This document shows, one piece after another, positions 9,395 to 19,917 of a stretch of 42,987 nucleotides of DNA (position 1 is the stretch's first letter; every line of letters begins with the position of its first letter). The stretch comes from Patescibacteria group bacterium (GTDB taxonomy: Bacteria > Patescibacteriota > WWE3 > JAUXAW01 > JAYEID01). Location: NCBI GenBank assembly GCA_048621635.1, contig JBMCWH010000004.1, positions 1 through 42,987 on the forward strand, written 5' to 3'. The notes under the pieces were generated by a model that saw only the letters and a program-made list of their open reading frames with translations, ran no database searches and had not been told where the DNA came from. Both the position numbers and the translations under genes were made by a program.

Positions 9395-10483
9395 ATGCTT
9401 AGTTTCCTTGTTTTTCTACTTCTTTCCTTTATTGTGTCCATGTTGTGGGCACCGTTATTGATTAGCCTTCTTTTTAAATTTAATTTGCGGAGACGATCGA
9501 AAGAAGAGCTGGATGAGAAGGTGGAAAAGCACGCCAAGAAAACCGGTACGCCGGTGATGGGCGGTATTTTGATTGTGGTTACTGTTCTTGTGTTGAATTT
9601 ACTTTTCAACAATTCTGTTTTGACTTACCCACTCCTGGTAACGCTGTTTATGGGTGGGGTACTGGGTGGGATTGATGATCTTTTTAATACTTTGGGTCAC
9701 AAGAATGTTCGAGTTGCGGTAAGGAGAGGTATTACTCCTGTAGTTTCATTCTCTGGCATTACCTGGTCACTTTATCAGCTTGTTCTTTTACCTTGGCACG
9801 CTTTTAAGGAGGCTTTTCGCGCAATGGGCAGTTACCGTGGCGGGTTTCAGGCCCATGAGAAATTTTTAGCGCAGTGCTTTATTGCTGGTGGGGTTAGTTT
9901 CTGGGTTTATTATTTTTTTGAACAATCCGCTCTTTGGTTACCGCTTCTTGGTGTCCTAGAGGTGGGGTTTTTGTACCCTGTTCTTCTTACTTTTTCAATG
10001 GTTTTCTTTTCCAATGCCTTTTCTATAACTGATGGGCTGGATGGTCTTTCGGGAGGGACCCATTCTTTGGCCTTTTTGGCTTTGGGTATTATTGGCTTAG
10101 TAGTGGATAAACCAGGCTTGGCAATTTTTGCTGCCACTTTGGTTGGCGTTGAGCTAGCCTTTCTTTACTTTAATATCTATCCTGCGCGTTTTCAGATGAG
10201 TGATGTAGGGACTCTGCCTTTGGGAATGGTTTTTGCCTTGTTAGCTTTTCTTCTTAATAGGGAACTGATTCTTCCCATAGTTGGGGTAATTTTTGTTGTT
10301 GAGCTGCTTTCCAGTTTTTTGCAGGTTTGGTCTGTTAAGTTAAGGGATAAGCGAATATTTAAAATTGCGCCACTTCACCATCATTTCGAAGCCTTGGGTT
10401 GGCCGGAAACTAAGATAACAGAGCGAGCTTGGGTGTTGTCGGCAGTATTTGCTGTAATGGGGATACTGGTAGCTTTGTTGTGA
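9395..10483 (+). CDS. mraY: Phospho-N-acetylmuramoyl-pentapeptide transferase
   Basis: KTGTPVMGG, GGIDD, NAFSITDGLDGL, FNIYPARFQMSDVG, IFKIAPLHHHFEALGWPE. Confidence 0.93.
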   Translation: MLSFLVFLLLSFIVSMLWAPLLISLLFKFNLRRRSKEELDEKVEKHAKKTGTPVMGGILIVVTVLVLNLLFNNSVLTYPLLVTLFMGGVLGGIDDLFNTLGHKNVRVAVRRGITPVVSFSGITWSLYQLVLLPWHAFKEAFRAMGSYRGGFQAHEKFLAQCFIAGGVSFWVYYFFEQSALWLPLLGVLEVGFLYPVLLTFSMVFFSNAFSITDGLDGLSGGTHSLAFLALGIIGLVVDKPGLAIFAATLVGVELAFLYFNIYPARFQMSDVGTLPLGMVFALLAFLLNRELILPIVGVIFVVELLSSFLQVWSVKLRDKRIFKIAPLHHHFEALGWPETKITERAWVLSAVFAVMGILVALL

Positions 10484-10633
10484 GAAATATTAATTGGTTT
10501 GGAGAATTTGTCTAGTAGATTTTTTTGACTGTTATTTTTAGCATTGTTTTCAAGAAACGGCAAGCTCACTATTTTTTGACTCGGAAATGTTATCGAAAGA
10601 TTGAAAATAAGTGTTTGCTAAACTTACGTAATC

Positions 10634-11812
10634 ATGCCTACAGCTTTTTCCCGTAAGCCAGATACAATTTTTTTAGTTATCATCATTGGTCTTCTTACTT
10701 TTGGAGTGGTGATGGTTTATGATGCTTCGGTTGTTTACGCTCACGATGTTTTGGGTGGTAAATATCATTTTCTTCTTAAGCAATTAGTGTGGATTTTGCT
10801 GGGAAGTTTAGGCGCTTTTGTTGGTTACCTTTTTGATTTGAATAAATTGCGTAAGTTGGCGTTGCCTCTGTTTTTAGTTACGCTAGGAATGCTTTTTTTT
10901 CTTTTGCTTCCACGATTGTTTAGTTTTCCTCTTTGTGATAAGTTTGTTCCTGAAGTGAACGGTGCTAGACGATGGATAATTTTAAACCCGCAGGGAGTCC
11001 TACCCCAGCTTCCTTTACTAGGTAGTTTGAGTTTTCAACCTTCAGAATTTGCTAAGCTAACGTTGATTATTTATTTAGCTTCTTGGTTAGCACCTGAGAA
11101 AAGGAGACTCAATCAGGATGCGTCTCTTCCCGGTTTGGGCTTGGTTTTGATTTTGCTTGCTTTTCTGGGTGGCTTGGTTCTTTTGGAGCCGGATTTTGCT
11201 ACTGCGGTACTGCTTTGTGGAATCGGGGTTTGGGTTTATTTTGTAGCTGGTGCTCCTTTGTTACCCCTTTTTGCTGCTGGTGCTGTTTTTGTTGCTTTTG
11301 CCGGAATTTTTATTTGGTTCTCTCCTTATAGAAGAAAGCGTTTACTTACTTTTCTGGATCCTGGTGCAGCAAATCCTTTGTCTACAGGATATCATTTGCG
11401 TCAGATTATGATTGCTTTAGGTTCTGGTGGTCTTTTTGGTTTAGGTTTAGGGAAGTCGCGCCAAAAATATGAATATCTCCCGGAGACTATGGGGGATTCT
11501 ATTTTTGCTATTGTAGGGGAGGAGTTTGGTTTCTTGGGTACTGCGAGTTTATTATTTGTTTTTTTACTTCTTATTTGGCGAGGGTTTTTGATTATTCGAT
11601 CTGCCCCGGATAGATTCTCCCGTCTTTTAGCCAGCGGAGTTGTAGCTTGGATAAGTTTGCAAATTCTGATTAATTTAGGAGCAATGGTGGGGGTTATCCC
11701 CTTGACAGGAATGACCTTACCCTTTATTTCTTATGGTGGATCATCCATGATATTTTCGTTGGCCGCTGTTGGGCTAATTTTAAACATTTCTTCCCGGAGG
11801 AGCAGGAGATGA
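10634..11812 (+). CDS. ftsW: SEDS peptidoglycan polymerase FtsW
   Basis: NGARRWI, FQPSEFAK, LEPDF, IALGSGGLFGLGLGKSRQK, YLPE, DSIFA, LPFISYGGSS; overlaps murG start. Confidence 0.93.
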   Translation: MPTAFSRKPDTIFLVIIIGLLTFGVVMVYDASVVYAHDVLGGKYHFLLKQLVWILLGSLGAFVGYLFDLNKLRKLALPLFLVTLGMLFFLLLPRLFSFPLCDKFVPEVNGARRWIILNPQGVLPQLPLLGSLSFQPSEFAKLTLIIYLASWLAPEKRRLNQDASLPGLGLVLILLAFLGGLVLLEPDFATAVLLCGIGVWVYFVAGAPLLPLFAAGAVFVAFAGIFIWFSPYRRKRLLTFLDPGAANPLSTGYHLRQIMIALGSGGLFGLGLGKSRQKYEYLPETMGDSIFAIVGEEFGFLGTASLLFVFLLLIWRGFLIIRSAPDRFSRLLASGVVAWISLQILINLGAMVGVIPLTGMTLPFISYGGSSMIFSLAAVGLILNISSRRSRR

Positions 11813-12960
11813 ACATTGCTTTTACAGGGGGACACCACACTTCTGCTTTAGCAGTTATTGATGCTTTGAAAAAAAGGTCTGTGACTAAGCGGGCGGACTT
11901 AGAAATGGTGTTTTTTGGCCATCGATGGGCGATTGGTGCACCGGGTGTGGAAAGTAACGAATTTAAGGATGTCCAAGCAAAAGAGATTCCATTTGTGAAT
12001 ATTAATGCCGGAAAGTTAAGTCGTACCTTTAAACCTTTGGATTGGTTGCGAATTCCTTTTGGCTTTGTGCAAGCTTTTTTCCTTCTGTTGAAACATCGCC
12101 CCGACTTGATAATTTCTTTTGGAGGGTATTTAGCAGTACCTGTTGTTCTTTCCGGCTGGATTTTAGGAATTCCTTCTGTTACTCACGAGCAAACCGTAGT
12201 GTGTGGGTGGGCAAACAAATTTATTGCCCGGTTTGCAAAAAAAATTTTTATTTCCTGGCCGCAATCGAGAGACTATTTCCCGGAAAGTAAGGTTATTCTT
12301 ACTGGTCTTCCGTTAAGGAAGGAGATTGTTACTTTAGCTGGGGAAAAATCTTCCGGATCTGTAAGGAGGGTAGATAGTGAGACAAAGCAAAAGCTGTCAG
12401 GGTTGCCGGAGTGGCCCACTGTGTACATTACTGGGGGTAAGCAGGGATCGCGTGTTATTAATGATGCTGTGGAGGGCTGCGTGGAGAGATTGCTAACTAG
12501 ACTTTCAGTTATTCACCAGTGCGGGATTCGTGATTTCGAAAAATTTTTGCAGGTAGAAAACCGGCTTCCGGAGAAAAGGAAAGCAAATTATGTGGTGTAT
12601 GATTATTTTGATCAAGAAGAGATTTCTCGTGTTTTCCGTAGTGCAGATTTTGTAATCGGGCGCTCTGGCGCACATACTGTCTATGAGCTTGCTGCACTTG
12701 GTAAACCTGCAATTTTAATTCCTATTCCGTGGGTTTCTCATAACGAACAGAGAAAAAATGCAGAAGTCCTATCCGAAGTAGGCTCAGTTATTATTTTGCC
12801 CCAAGAGGAACTAACACCAGAAAGATTGTTAACGGAGTGTAAGAGTATGCTTGATAGTTGGAAGGATTTTAAAAAGGCTGGAAAAAAGGCACGGAGTTTA
12901 GTGGTTTATGATGCAGCTGACCGGATAGTTGATCAGATTTTGGAATATGTTCAAGACTAG
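11809..12960 (+). CDS. murG: Undecaprenyl-PP-MurNAc-pentapeptide GlcNAc transferase
   Basis: FTGGHHT, SFGGYLAVP, HEQT, TGLPLR, TGGKQGS, GRSGAHT, EQRKNA. Confidence 0.93.
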   Translation: MNIAFTGGHHTSALAVIDALKKRSVTKRADLEMVFFGHRWAIGAPGVESNEFKDVQAKEIPFVNINAGKLSRTFKPLDWLRIPFGFVQAFFLLLKHRPDLIISFGGYLAVPVVLSGWILGIPSVTHEQTVVCGWANKFIARFAKKIFISWPQSRDYFPESKVILTGLPLRKEIVTLAGEKSSGSVRRVDSETKQKLSGLPEWPTVYITGGKQGSRVINDAVEGCVERLLTRLSVIHQCGIRDFEKFLQVENRLPEKRKANYVVYDYFDQEEISRVFRSADFVIGRSGAHTVYELAALGKPAILIPIPWVSHNEQRKNAEVLSEVGSVIILPQEELTPERLLTECKSMLDSWKDFKKAGKKARSLVVYDAADRIVDQILEYVQD

Positions 12961-12987
12961 TTTTTTTTTAAGGATCAAGGATCTTTT

Positions 12988-13122
12988 TTAAGAGTCTACC
13001 TCTTAACATTGTTGTCCTTATGGTCTTCTCGGGAGAACGTATATAAATTTTTTCTTCGGTTTGTGTGCGATACTCTTTCCATGCTGTTAACTCAGCATTT
13101 TTAAGAGGTTACCTCTTAAAAA
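12988..13122. repeat. Two copies of palindrome TTAAGAG(G/T)-N-ACCTCTTAA
   Basis: ttaagagtctacctcttaa at 12988-13006 and tttttaagaggttacctcttaaaaa at 13098-13122. Confidence 0.6.
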
Positions 13123-13176
13123 TTAATCTGTTTTCTGGCGGCTAATTGTTTTTCTGTGTGTTACAATTCTATTGCT

Positions 13177-13998
13177 ATGAGTATTTGGGAACAGCAACAC
13201 TCTTCTCGTCGTTCTAAAAACTCCTTTCGCAGCGGTAAATTCAAGAGAAATCATGCCTGGTTGTTTAATTTACGGAGAAATACGCGACGGAAATTAAAAG
13301 CTTTACGCAGGCGGTATTCTCCAAAATTATTACTTTATCCTTTAGCTGTTATTTTTCTTTTTTTTCTTTGTTGGTTTGTTTTTTTTAGTTCTTTCCTTGA
13401 TATTAAACAAATTGAACTTGAGTTAGTTCCCCATGCAGAGGACTTGCGGGAGGAGGCTTTGCAGCAAGAGCTTAACAAAAAGGTTTTGGGTAGTAATTTG
13501 TTGTTTTTTACCAAAAAAGATTTGGATTTTTTGAAGCAGGATCTTTCTATTGCAGAGGTGGATGTTAGCAGATTAGGTTTCAATACTGTTGAAGTTACTC
13601 TAACTAAGAGAATTCCTGTTGCTATGGTTTCTGATGCACAAGAAAGGCTTTTTCTAGTTGATCGGGAGGGAAAGATATTTTTGCGTAGTAAGCTAGATAA
13701 TTTTCCCGTGTTGATTGTACAGCGCGATTTGGATTTGGGTGAGGAGATTTCGCAGGAAGGGATGGATTTTTTTCTTGCTATTTCGGATGATGTGGATAGG
13801 TTGGGAATGAAAGTTGAGTTTTGTGAGATTAATTCGAGTCTGCGGTTAAAACTTGCTGATGGTCCTATTATCCTTTCTCCGCCTAACTTGGACAAGGTTG
13901 AAAAGATTATTGCTGTTTTAGAAAACTACAATGCTCGGGGGGAAGTTTTAAAAAAGGTTGATCTGCGTGCAGAAAATCCAGTGGTGGAAATCGAGTAA
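13177..13998 (+). CDS. ftsQ: FtsQ/DivIB-like cell division protein (POTRA domain)
   Basis: Basic N-tail, single TM helix, POTRA-like segment, FLVDREG, C-terminal VDLR; located between murG and ftsA. Confidence 0.75.
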   Translation: MSIWEQQHSSRRSKNSFRSGKFKRNHAWLFNLRRNTRRKLKALRRRYSPKLLLYPLAVIFLFFLCWFVFFSSFLDIKQIELELVPHAEDLREEALQQELNKKVLGSNLLFFTKKDLDFLKQDLSIAEVDVSRLGFNTVEVTLTKRIPVAMVSDAQERLFLVDREGKIFLRSKLDNFPVLIVQRDLDLGEEISQEGMDFFLAISDDVDRLGMKVEFCEINSSLRLKLADGPIILSPPNLDKVEKIIAVLENYNARGEVLKKVDLRAENPVVEIE

Positions 13999-14160
13999 CC
14001 ATGGTTTTAGTACTCACTGTTAACTAATATCTGTTAGTTTAGTAATGTTTCAAGAATGTTGACCAGCATATTAGAAGGTGTTAGATTAGAAAAAGAATAT
14101 TATTTTTACCTGATTTTCTCCGCTTTATAAGTGGTTCCTAATTAGGTGCAAAAAATCAAA

Positions 14161-15426
14161 ATGCCCAAAGAACGTATTGTTAGCGGAATAGATGTAGGTT
14201 CCTCAAAAGTAACTAGTGTGATAGCCTCTGTATCTCCGGAGGGTAAGGTTTCTGTTATTGGTGTTTCTACTGTTTCTTCTCAAGGTATTAAAAAAGGTGT
14301 AGTAGTAGATATTGATACTGCTGTGGAAACTATTGCAGAATCATTAGATGGTGCGGAGAGGATGGCTGGCTGTGCTGTTTCCTCGGCCTTTATCGGAGTT
14401 AATGGTAAGCATATTTCTTCTCTGAATTCACATGGCGTGGTTGCGGTGGCCCATCAGGAAGGGGAAATAACAGAGATGGATGTAGATAGGGTTGTGGAAG
14501 CAGCGCAAGCTGTGTCTATACCTTCTTCTCGCGAAATAATCCATGTTATTCCTCGCGGGTTTATTGTTGATAATCAGGATGAGATTCGTGATCCTGTGGG
14601 AATGAGCGGTGTTCGTCTGGAAGTTGAGACTAATATTATTTCTGGTGGTGCGACAGTTATGCGGAATTTAAAAAAGTGCGTTCGTCAGATTGGTGTAGAT
14701 GTAGCTGATTTAGTTTTTTCCGGTGTTGCCTCGGCGGAAGCGATCCTGACCGATACAGAGAAAGAGTTAGGAACTGTTTTGGTGGATATAGGGGGAGGTA
14801 CTACTAGTATTACTGTTTTTGCTAACGGTAGTCCTGCCTATGCATCTGTCTTGCCTGTAGGTGGGCAAAATATTACTAATGATTTGGCAGTTGGTTTGCG
14901 GTTGAGTTTGGAGGATGCGGAAAAGATAAAAGTTCGTCTTTCAGAGGAAGATGCGCAACCTATTCAGCCCGAACAGGAAGAAAAGGAAGAATCTAAACCT
15001 ATAGATGAAGTAGATATTTCTGATTTAGGTTTAGAAAGGACTACTGTTTCTCGTAAAGTGGTAGAAAAGATAGTATCTGCGCGTTTAACAGAGATTTTAA
15101 AAATGGTGGGTAAGGAGTTGCGAAGTAGTGATTTAGACGATAAGCTGCCCGCAGGTATTGTTTTGTGTGGTGGCGGGGCAAATACAATGGGTGTTAAGAA
15201 GATAGTGGATAAGACACTTGGTTTGCCATTAAGAATTGGGTATCCACGGGGAGTAACAGGATTGATTGATGAATTGGGTGACCCTGCTTATGCTACTTCT
15301 GTTGGCTTGCTTCTTTATGGTTCTTATGCTACTCAGCAAGGAGAGTTCTCGTCCTTGGTTTCTGGGGAAGGATTGGGAGGAATATTTAGAAAGCTTTTGA
15401 ATTGGATAAGATCGTTTTTACCTTAA
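14161..15426 (+). CDS. ftsA: Cell division protein FtsA
   Basis: GIDVGSSKV, AERMAG, REIIHVIP, DPVGMSGVRLE, VDIGGGTT, GIVLCGGGA, YATSVGLL. Confidence 0.96.
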   Translation: MPKERIVSGIDVGSSKVTSVIASVSPEGKVSVIGVSTVSSQGIKKGVVVDIDTAVETIAESLDGAERMAGCAVSSAFIGVNGKHISSLNSHGVVAVAHQEGEITEMDVDRVVEAAQAVSIPSSREIIHVIPRGFIVDNQDEIRDPVGMSGVRLEVETNIISGGATVMRNLKKCVRQIGVDVADLVFSGVASAEAILTDTEKELGTVLVDIGGGTTSITVFANGSPAYASVLPVGGQNITNDLAVGLRLSLEDAEKIKVRLSEEDAQPIQPEQEEKEESKPIDEVDISDLGLERTTVSRKVVEKIVSARLTEILKMVGKELRSSDLDDKLPAGIVLCGGGANTMGVKKIVDKTLGLPLRIGYPRGVTGLIDELGDPAYATSVGLLLYGSYATQQGEFSSLVSGEGLGGIFRKLLNWIRSFLP

Positions 15427-15746
15427 AAAGCAATGTTGATTAGCGTTCTTTTCATGTTACACTTCCCGAAGCTATTAGCGTTACGGTAGAGATTTAGAAA
15501 CACACAGTCTGAGTATACGCTCTCTCAAAGATGGAAAGTTTTCGATAAAGACAGAGAAGCAAGAAAAAGACTTTTCACCTATATTTCGGATAGGCGCAAG
15601 ACGAGAAGAAGTTACAAATTTTTAGGCAATTAAGGAATAATTTATCTTACCCGACCCTGTCTAAGGATGGTGATAAGTGAGGACTGTTTACTTATTTGAA
15701 AATAAATTGTTAACTGGTACTATTATAGACAACCAAATTTAAAAAA

Positions 15747-16802
15747 ATGCAAGTTAAACCGGAAGTAGGAAAAGTTGCCCGAATAAAAGTGATCGGGGTT
15801 GGTGGTGGGGGAGGTAATGCTTTGAATTCTATGATTAATCTTCAGGAAATTCAGGGTGTCGAGTTTGTAGCTATGAATACAGATGCCCAAGCGTTGGAGG
15901 CAAGTGCAGCCCCGGCTAAGGTGCAGATAGGTGCAAATCTAACTGGCGGTTTGGGATCTGGTGCTGATCCTGAAATTGGTCGGCAAGCTGCAGAGGAATC
16001 CGAGGATGAAATTCGTAATCAAGTGAAAGGTGCTGATATGGTTTTTCTGACTGCTGGTTTGGGTGGAGGAACGGGGACTGGTGCGAGTCCTCTAGTAGCA
16101 AACATTGCCAAGGAAGAAGGTTCTTTAACTGTGGGTGTAGTGACTAAGCCTTTTGAGTTTGAGGGGACCAAAAGGATGGCTCAAGCAGAAGAAGGCGTGG
16201 AAAATTTGCGGGAAGAGGTAGATGCTTTGATTACTATTCCTAACCAGAAGCTTTTGGAAGTAGTTGAGCGAAAGATGAGTATTTTGGAAGCTTTTAAGGT
16301 TGCTGATGGTGTTTTGGGACAGGGTGTGCAAGGTATTTCTGATCTGATCGTAACTCCGGGACTGATAAATGTTGATTTCGCAGATGTGCGGACAATAATG
16401 GCAGATGCGGGTTCGGCTTTGATGGGTATTGGAAGAGCAAGTGGAGAGGATCGGGCTAAGGTTGCTGCTAAGAATGCTATTACTTCCCCGCTTTTGGAGT
16501 CTTCTATTGACGGGGCCCGGGGGTTGTTGTTTAATATAGTTGGTGGTCAAGATCTGACCATGCATGAGGTGGACGAATCTGCCCGGATAATTTCTGAGGA
16601 AGCACATCAGGAAGCAGAGGTAATTTTCGGCGCAACTATTGATGAGGAGATGACTGATCAGATAAAGATAACAGTTATTGCTACTGGTTTTGAGCCGGGA
16701 ATGACGAGAATTTTTGAGGAGGATGAGGAACAAGAACGTTCGGAATCTGATAATTCGGGAGAAGATGAGTACGATATTCCTGCTTTTTTGAGAGAAAGTT
16801 AA
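15747..16802 (+). CDS. ftsZ: Cell division protein FtsZ
   Basis: [29 protein letters not shown]-terminal DIPAFLR. Confidence 0.98.
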   Translation: MQVKPEVGKVARIKVIGVGGGGGNALNSMINLQEIQGVEFVAMNTDAQALEASAAPAKVQIGANLTGGLGSGADPEIGRQAAEESEDEIRNQVKGADMVFLTAGLGGGTGTGASPLVANIAKEEGSLTVGVVTKPFEFEGTKRMAQAEEGVENLREEVDALITIPNQKLLEVVERKMSILEAFKVADGVLGQGVQGISDLIVTPGLINVDFADVRTIMADAGSALMGIGRASGEDRAKVAAKNAITSPLLESSIDGARGLLFNIVGGQDLTMHEVDESARIISEEAHQEAEVIFGATIDEEMTDQIKITVIATGFEPGMTRIFEEDEEQERSESDNSGEDEYDIPAFLRES

Positions 16803-17015
16803 CTGGTAAGAGTTAAAGACAAAAAGAAAAGACTCCGAAGATGCGTGAAGTTTTTACAACTTTGTGTTTCTTTTGAATCTTTATTTTTCCTTTCTCGCTG
16901 CCCCCGAGAAATTTTTTCACTAACGTTTTTGCACAAATTGGTCCTTGTAGATTGATCAAATTTGTGGTTTGCTATTAACACTGACCAGTTTGAAAAAACT
17001 GGTTGTATTTTTGCT

Positions 17016-19124
17016 ATGCCTGTCCAACCACCAAAGAAAGTTGAAAAACGAGACGGCCGTATAGTTCCCTTCGAACGGGAAAAAATTGTTAACGCGATCT
17101 GGAAAGCTGCGCAATCTGTGGGCGGTAAGGATAAAGACCGCTCCCGTTTTATTACGGATCGTGTAATTGAAGAACTCTCCAAGAACTTCGGTTCTGATGA
17201 TATCCCCAAAGTAGAAGATATCCAAGATATTGTTGAGGAAACCTTAATCGAATATGGACATGCAAAAACTGCCAAAGCGTATATTCTTTATCGCGATCTT
17301 CACAACCGTATTCGCGATATTCGCAGTTTGGTGGATGTAAATGAGTTAATTGGTTCTTATCTTGATCAGTCTGATTGGAAGGTTAAAGAAAATGCTAATA
17401 TGGCTTTTTCTTTGCAAGGTTTAAATATTCATGTCTCTTCGGCAATGTCTTCTCGTTATTGGTTAAATAAGCTATATCCCAAGGAAGCACGGGAAGGCCA
17501 TTCGCGCGGGGATCTTCACATTCACGATTTATATTTGCTGGCTCCTTATTGTTGTGGTTGGGATTTGCAAGAACTTCTTTTGCGTGGGTTTGGCGGTGTC
17601 CGTGGGAAGATTGAATCTGCTCCTCCAAAACATTACCGGGTTGCGTTAGGGCAGTTAGTTAATTTCCTTTATACGGTGCAAGGAGAAGGTGCAGGTGCGC
17701 AAGCTGTGTCCAATTTTGATACTTATCTAGCTCCCTTTATCCATTACGATAATTTGTCTTATGAGGATGTAAAGCAGGGGATGCAGGAATTTATTTACAA
17801 CATGAATGTTCCTACCCGGGTCGGCTTCCAGACGCCATTTACAAATATTACTATGGATTTGGAAGTTCCTGAATATATGAAAGATGAACCAGCGATTATT
17901 GGTGGTGAATTGCAAGATAAAACTTATGGTGTGTTTCAGGAGGAGATGGATATGTTTAACAAAGCCTTTGCGGAAGTTATGATGGAGGGTGACGCCTCGG
18001 GACGTGTGTTTACTTTTCCTATTCCTACTTACAATATTACTTCCGATTTTGATTGGGATAAGCCAGTTTTGGATCCTGTTTGGGAAATGACGGCAAAATA
18101 CGGTATTCCTTATTTTTCCAATTTTGTTAATTCGGATATGGACCCTGAGGATGCGCGAAGTATGTGCTGCCGATTGCGTTTGGACAACAGAGAACTGCGT
18201 AAGCGGGGTGGGGGCTTGTTTGGTGCTAATCCTTTGACAGGGAGCATTGGAGTGGTGACTATTAATCTTCCGCGAATTGGTTATCTTTCTGATACACGGG
18301 AGGGATATTTTTCGCGCTTAGACGAATTGATGGAGGTGGCACGACACAGTTTGAACTTGAAGAGGCGAGTAGTGGAAAATTTCACAGAGAAAGGTTTGTA
18401 TCCTTATTCTAAAGTTTTTCTTTCTTCCGTAAAAGAGCAGTTTGGGGAGTATTGGCGAAACCACTTTAATACTATTGGGCTAGTAGGGGGGAATGAATCT
18501 ATGCTTAACTTTTTGGGTGAGGGATTTAGAAGTGAAGAAGCACGCGTATTTTTGGGTGAAGTCTTGGATCACATGCGTGAGCGGTTGGCTACTTTCCAGG
18601 CAGAGGATGACCAGATGTACAACTTAGAAGCTACGCCAGCGGAAAGCACTGCTTACCGTTTAGCTAAGAAGGATAAAGAGTTTTATAAGGATATCATTGT
18701 CGCTAATGAGGAAGAATATGCTGAACAAGGTGCTGATCCTTATTATACTAATTCTTCTCAGTTACCGGTGGGTTTTGATGGGGATGTTTTTGCTGCCTTG
18801 GATCTTCAGGATTCTTTTCAAACCCGTTATACAGGAGGGACAGTTTTTCATACTTTCCTGGGCGAGCGGATGCCCTCGGGGGAGGCAACTAAGTCATTGG
18901 TGAAGAAAATTGCGGAAAATTATCAGCTTCCTTATTACACAATTACTCCCACCTTTAGTATTTGTCCGGAGCATGGCTATATTCGGGGGGAGCATATGTT
19001 CTGCCCTGAATGTGAGAAACCTTGTGAAGTTTATTCCCGTGTAGTTGGTTATCTTCGTCCAGTCAATCAGTGGAATGCTGGTAAGCAAGCGGAATTCTCC
19101 GACCGAGAGGAATTTGCTGTTTAA
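17016..19124 (+). CDS. nrdD: Anaerobic (class III) ribonucleoside-triphosphate reductase with N-terminal ATP cone
   Basis: ATP cone VEKRDGRIVPF...AKAYILYR; HIHDL, PYCCGW, SMCCRL, Zn motif CPEH/CPEC, glycyl-radical motif RVVGYL. Confidence 0.96.
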   Translation: MPVQPPKKVEKRDGRIVPFEREKIVNAIWKAAQSVGGKDKDRSRFITDRVIEELSKNFGSDDIPKVEDIQDIVEETLIEYGHAKTAKAYILYRDLHNRIRDIRSLVDVNELIGSYLDQSDWKVKENANMAFSLQGLNIHVSSAMSSRYWLNKLYPKEAREGHSRGDLHIHDLYLLAPYCCGWDLQELLLRGFGGVRGKIESAPPKHYRVALGQLVNFLYTVQGEGAGAQAVSNFDTYLAPFIHYDNLSYEDVKQGMQEFIYNMNVPTRVGFQTPFTNITMDLEVPEYMKDEPAIIGGELQDKTYGVFQEEMDMFNKAFAEVMMEGDASGRVFTFPIPTYNITSDFDWDKPVLDPVWEMTAKYGIPYFSNFVNSDMDPEDARSMCCRLRLDNRELRKRGGGLFGANPLTGSIGVVTINLPRIGYLSDTREGYFSRLDELMEVARHSLNLKRRVVENFTEKGLYPYSKVFLSSVKEQFGEYWRNHFNTIGLVGGNESMLNFLGEGFRSEEARVFLGEVLDHMRERLATFQAEDDQMYNLEATPAESTAYRLAKKDKEFYKDIIVANEEEYAEQGADPYYTNSSQLPVGFDGDVFAALDLQDSFQTRYTGGTVFHTFLGERMPSGEATKSLVKKIAENYQLPYYTITPTFSICPEHGYIRGEHMFCPECEKPCEVYSRVVGYLRPVNQWNAGKQAEFSDREEFAV

Positions 19125-19136
19125 CAGCTTGTGAGT

Positions 19137-19880
19137 ATGTCTGTAGATATACGTGGTTTGCAAAAGACAACTCTTCTTGATTACCCCGATAAGGTTGCTT
19201 GCACAGTTTTTCTTTCTGGTTGTAACTTCCGTTGTCCTTTTTGCTATAACCGGGATCTGGTTTTGGCTCCTGAGAAGTTGCCAGAAATTTCGGAAGATTA
19301 TTTTTTTGCTTTTTTAGATAAGCGGAAAGATGTGTTGGATGCAGTAGTAGTTTGTGGAGGAGAACCTACTCTTTATCCGGAGTTACCTGGGTTTGTGAGA
19401 GCAATTAAAGATGCGGGTTTTTTGGTTAAACTTGATACTAACGGTACACGTCCGGAAAAAGTTGAATTTTTGTTAGAGGAAGGATTAGTTGATTTTGTAG
19501 GGATGGATATTAAGGCAAGACTACAGGACCAAGCTTATAGCGATGTGGTTGGTCTAGAAGACTTTGCAGAGCAGGTTGGGTTAGAAAGAATAACAAATAC
19601 TTTGGAATTGTTGATAAATTCTGATGTAGATTTTGAGCTAAGAACAACAGTGGTTCCTGGCCTGCATGATAAGGATGTTTTGTTGGCCATCGCGCGTGAC
19701 TTGAAAAAGTTCTTTTCCTCCACAGAAGTGCGGAAAATTCCCTGGGTAATTCAAAAGTTTGAACCCCGTGATTGTATTGATCCTGCTTTTAATGACCGCG
19801 AACCTTATCCACGAACAACTTTGCGGAAATTTTTAAAAGCTGTCCAAAAGATCATTCCAGAGGCAAAGCTGCGGGCGTAA
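19137..19880 (+). CDS. nrdG: Anaerobic RNR activating radical SAM protein
   Basis: LLDYP, CNFRCPFC (CxxxCxxC), GGEPT, KLDTNG, ELRTT; directly after nrdD. Confidence 0.93.
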   Translation: MSVDIRGLQKTTLLDYPDKVACTVFLSGCNFRCPFCYNRDLVLAPEKLPEISEDYFFAFLDKRKDVLDAVVVCGGEPTLYPELPGFVRAIKDAGFLVKLDTNGTRPEKVEFLLEEGLVDFVGMDIKARLQDQAYSDVVGLEDFAEQVGLERITNTLELLINSDVDFELRTTVVPGLHDKDVLLAIARDLKKFFSSTEVRKIPWVIQKFEPRDCIDPAFNDREPYPRTTLRKFLKAVQKIIPEAKLRA

Positions 19881-19917
19881 TTTTGATGCTGTTTGTATTT
19901 AGCTTTACTTTTCTAAT

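Noticed and set aside
15427-15746. 320-nt ftsA-ftsZ gap as a hidden gene or ncRNA
   Set aside because: No ORF of useful length and only weak hairpins; probably promoter and leader sequence
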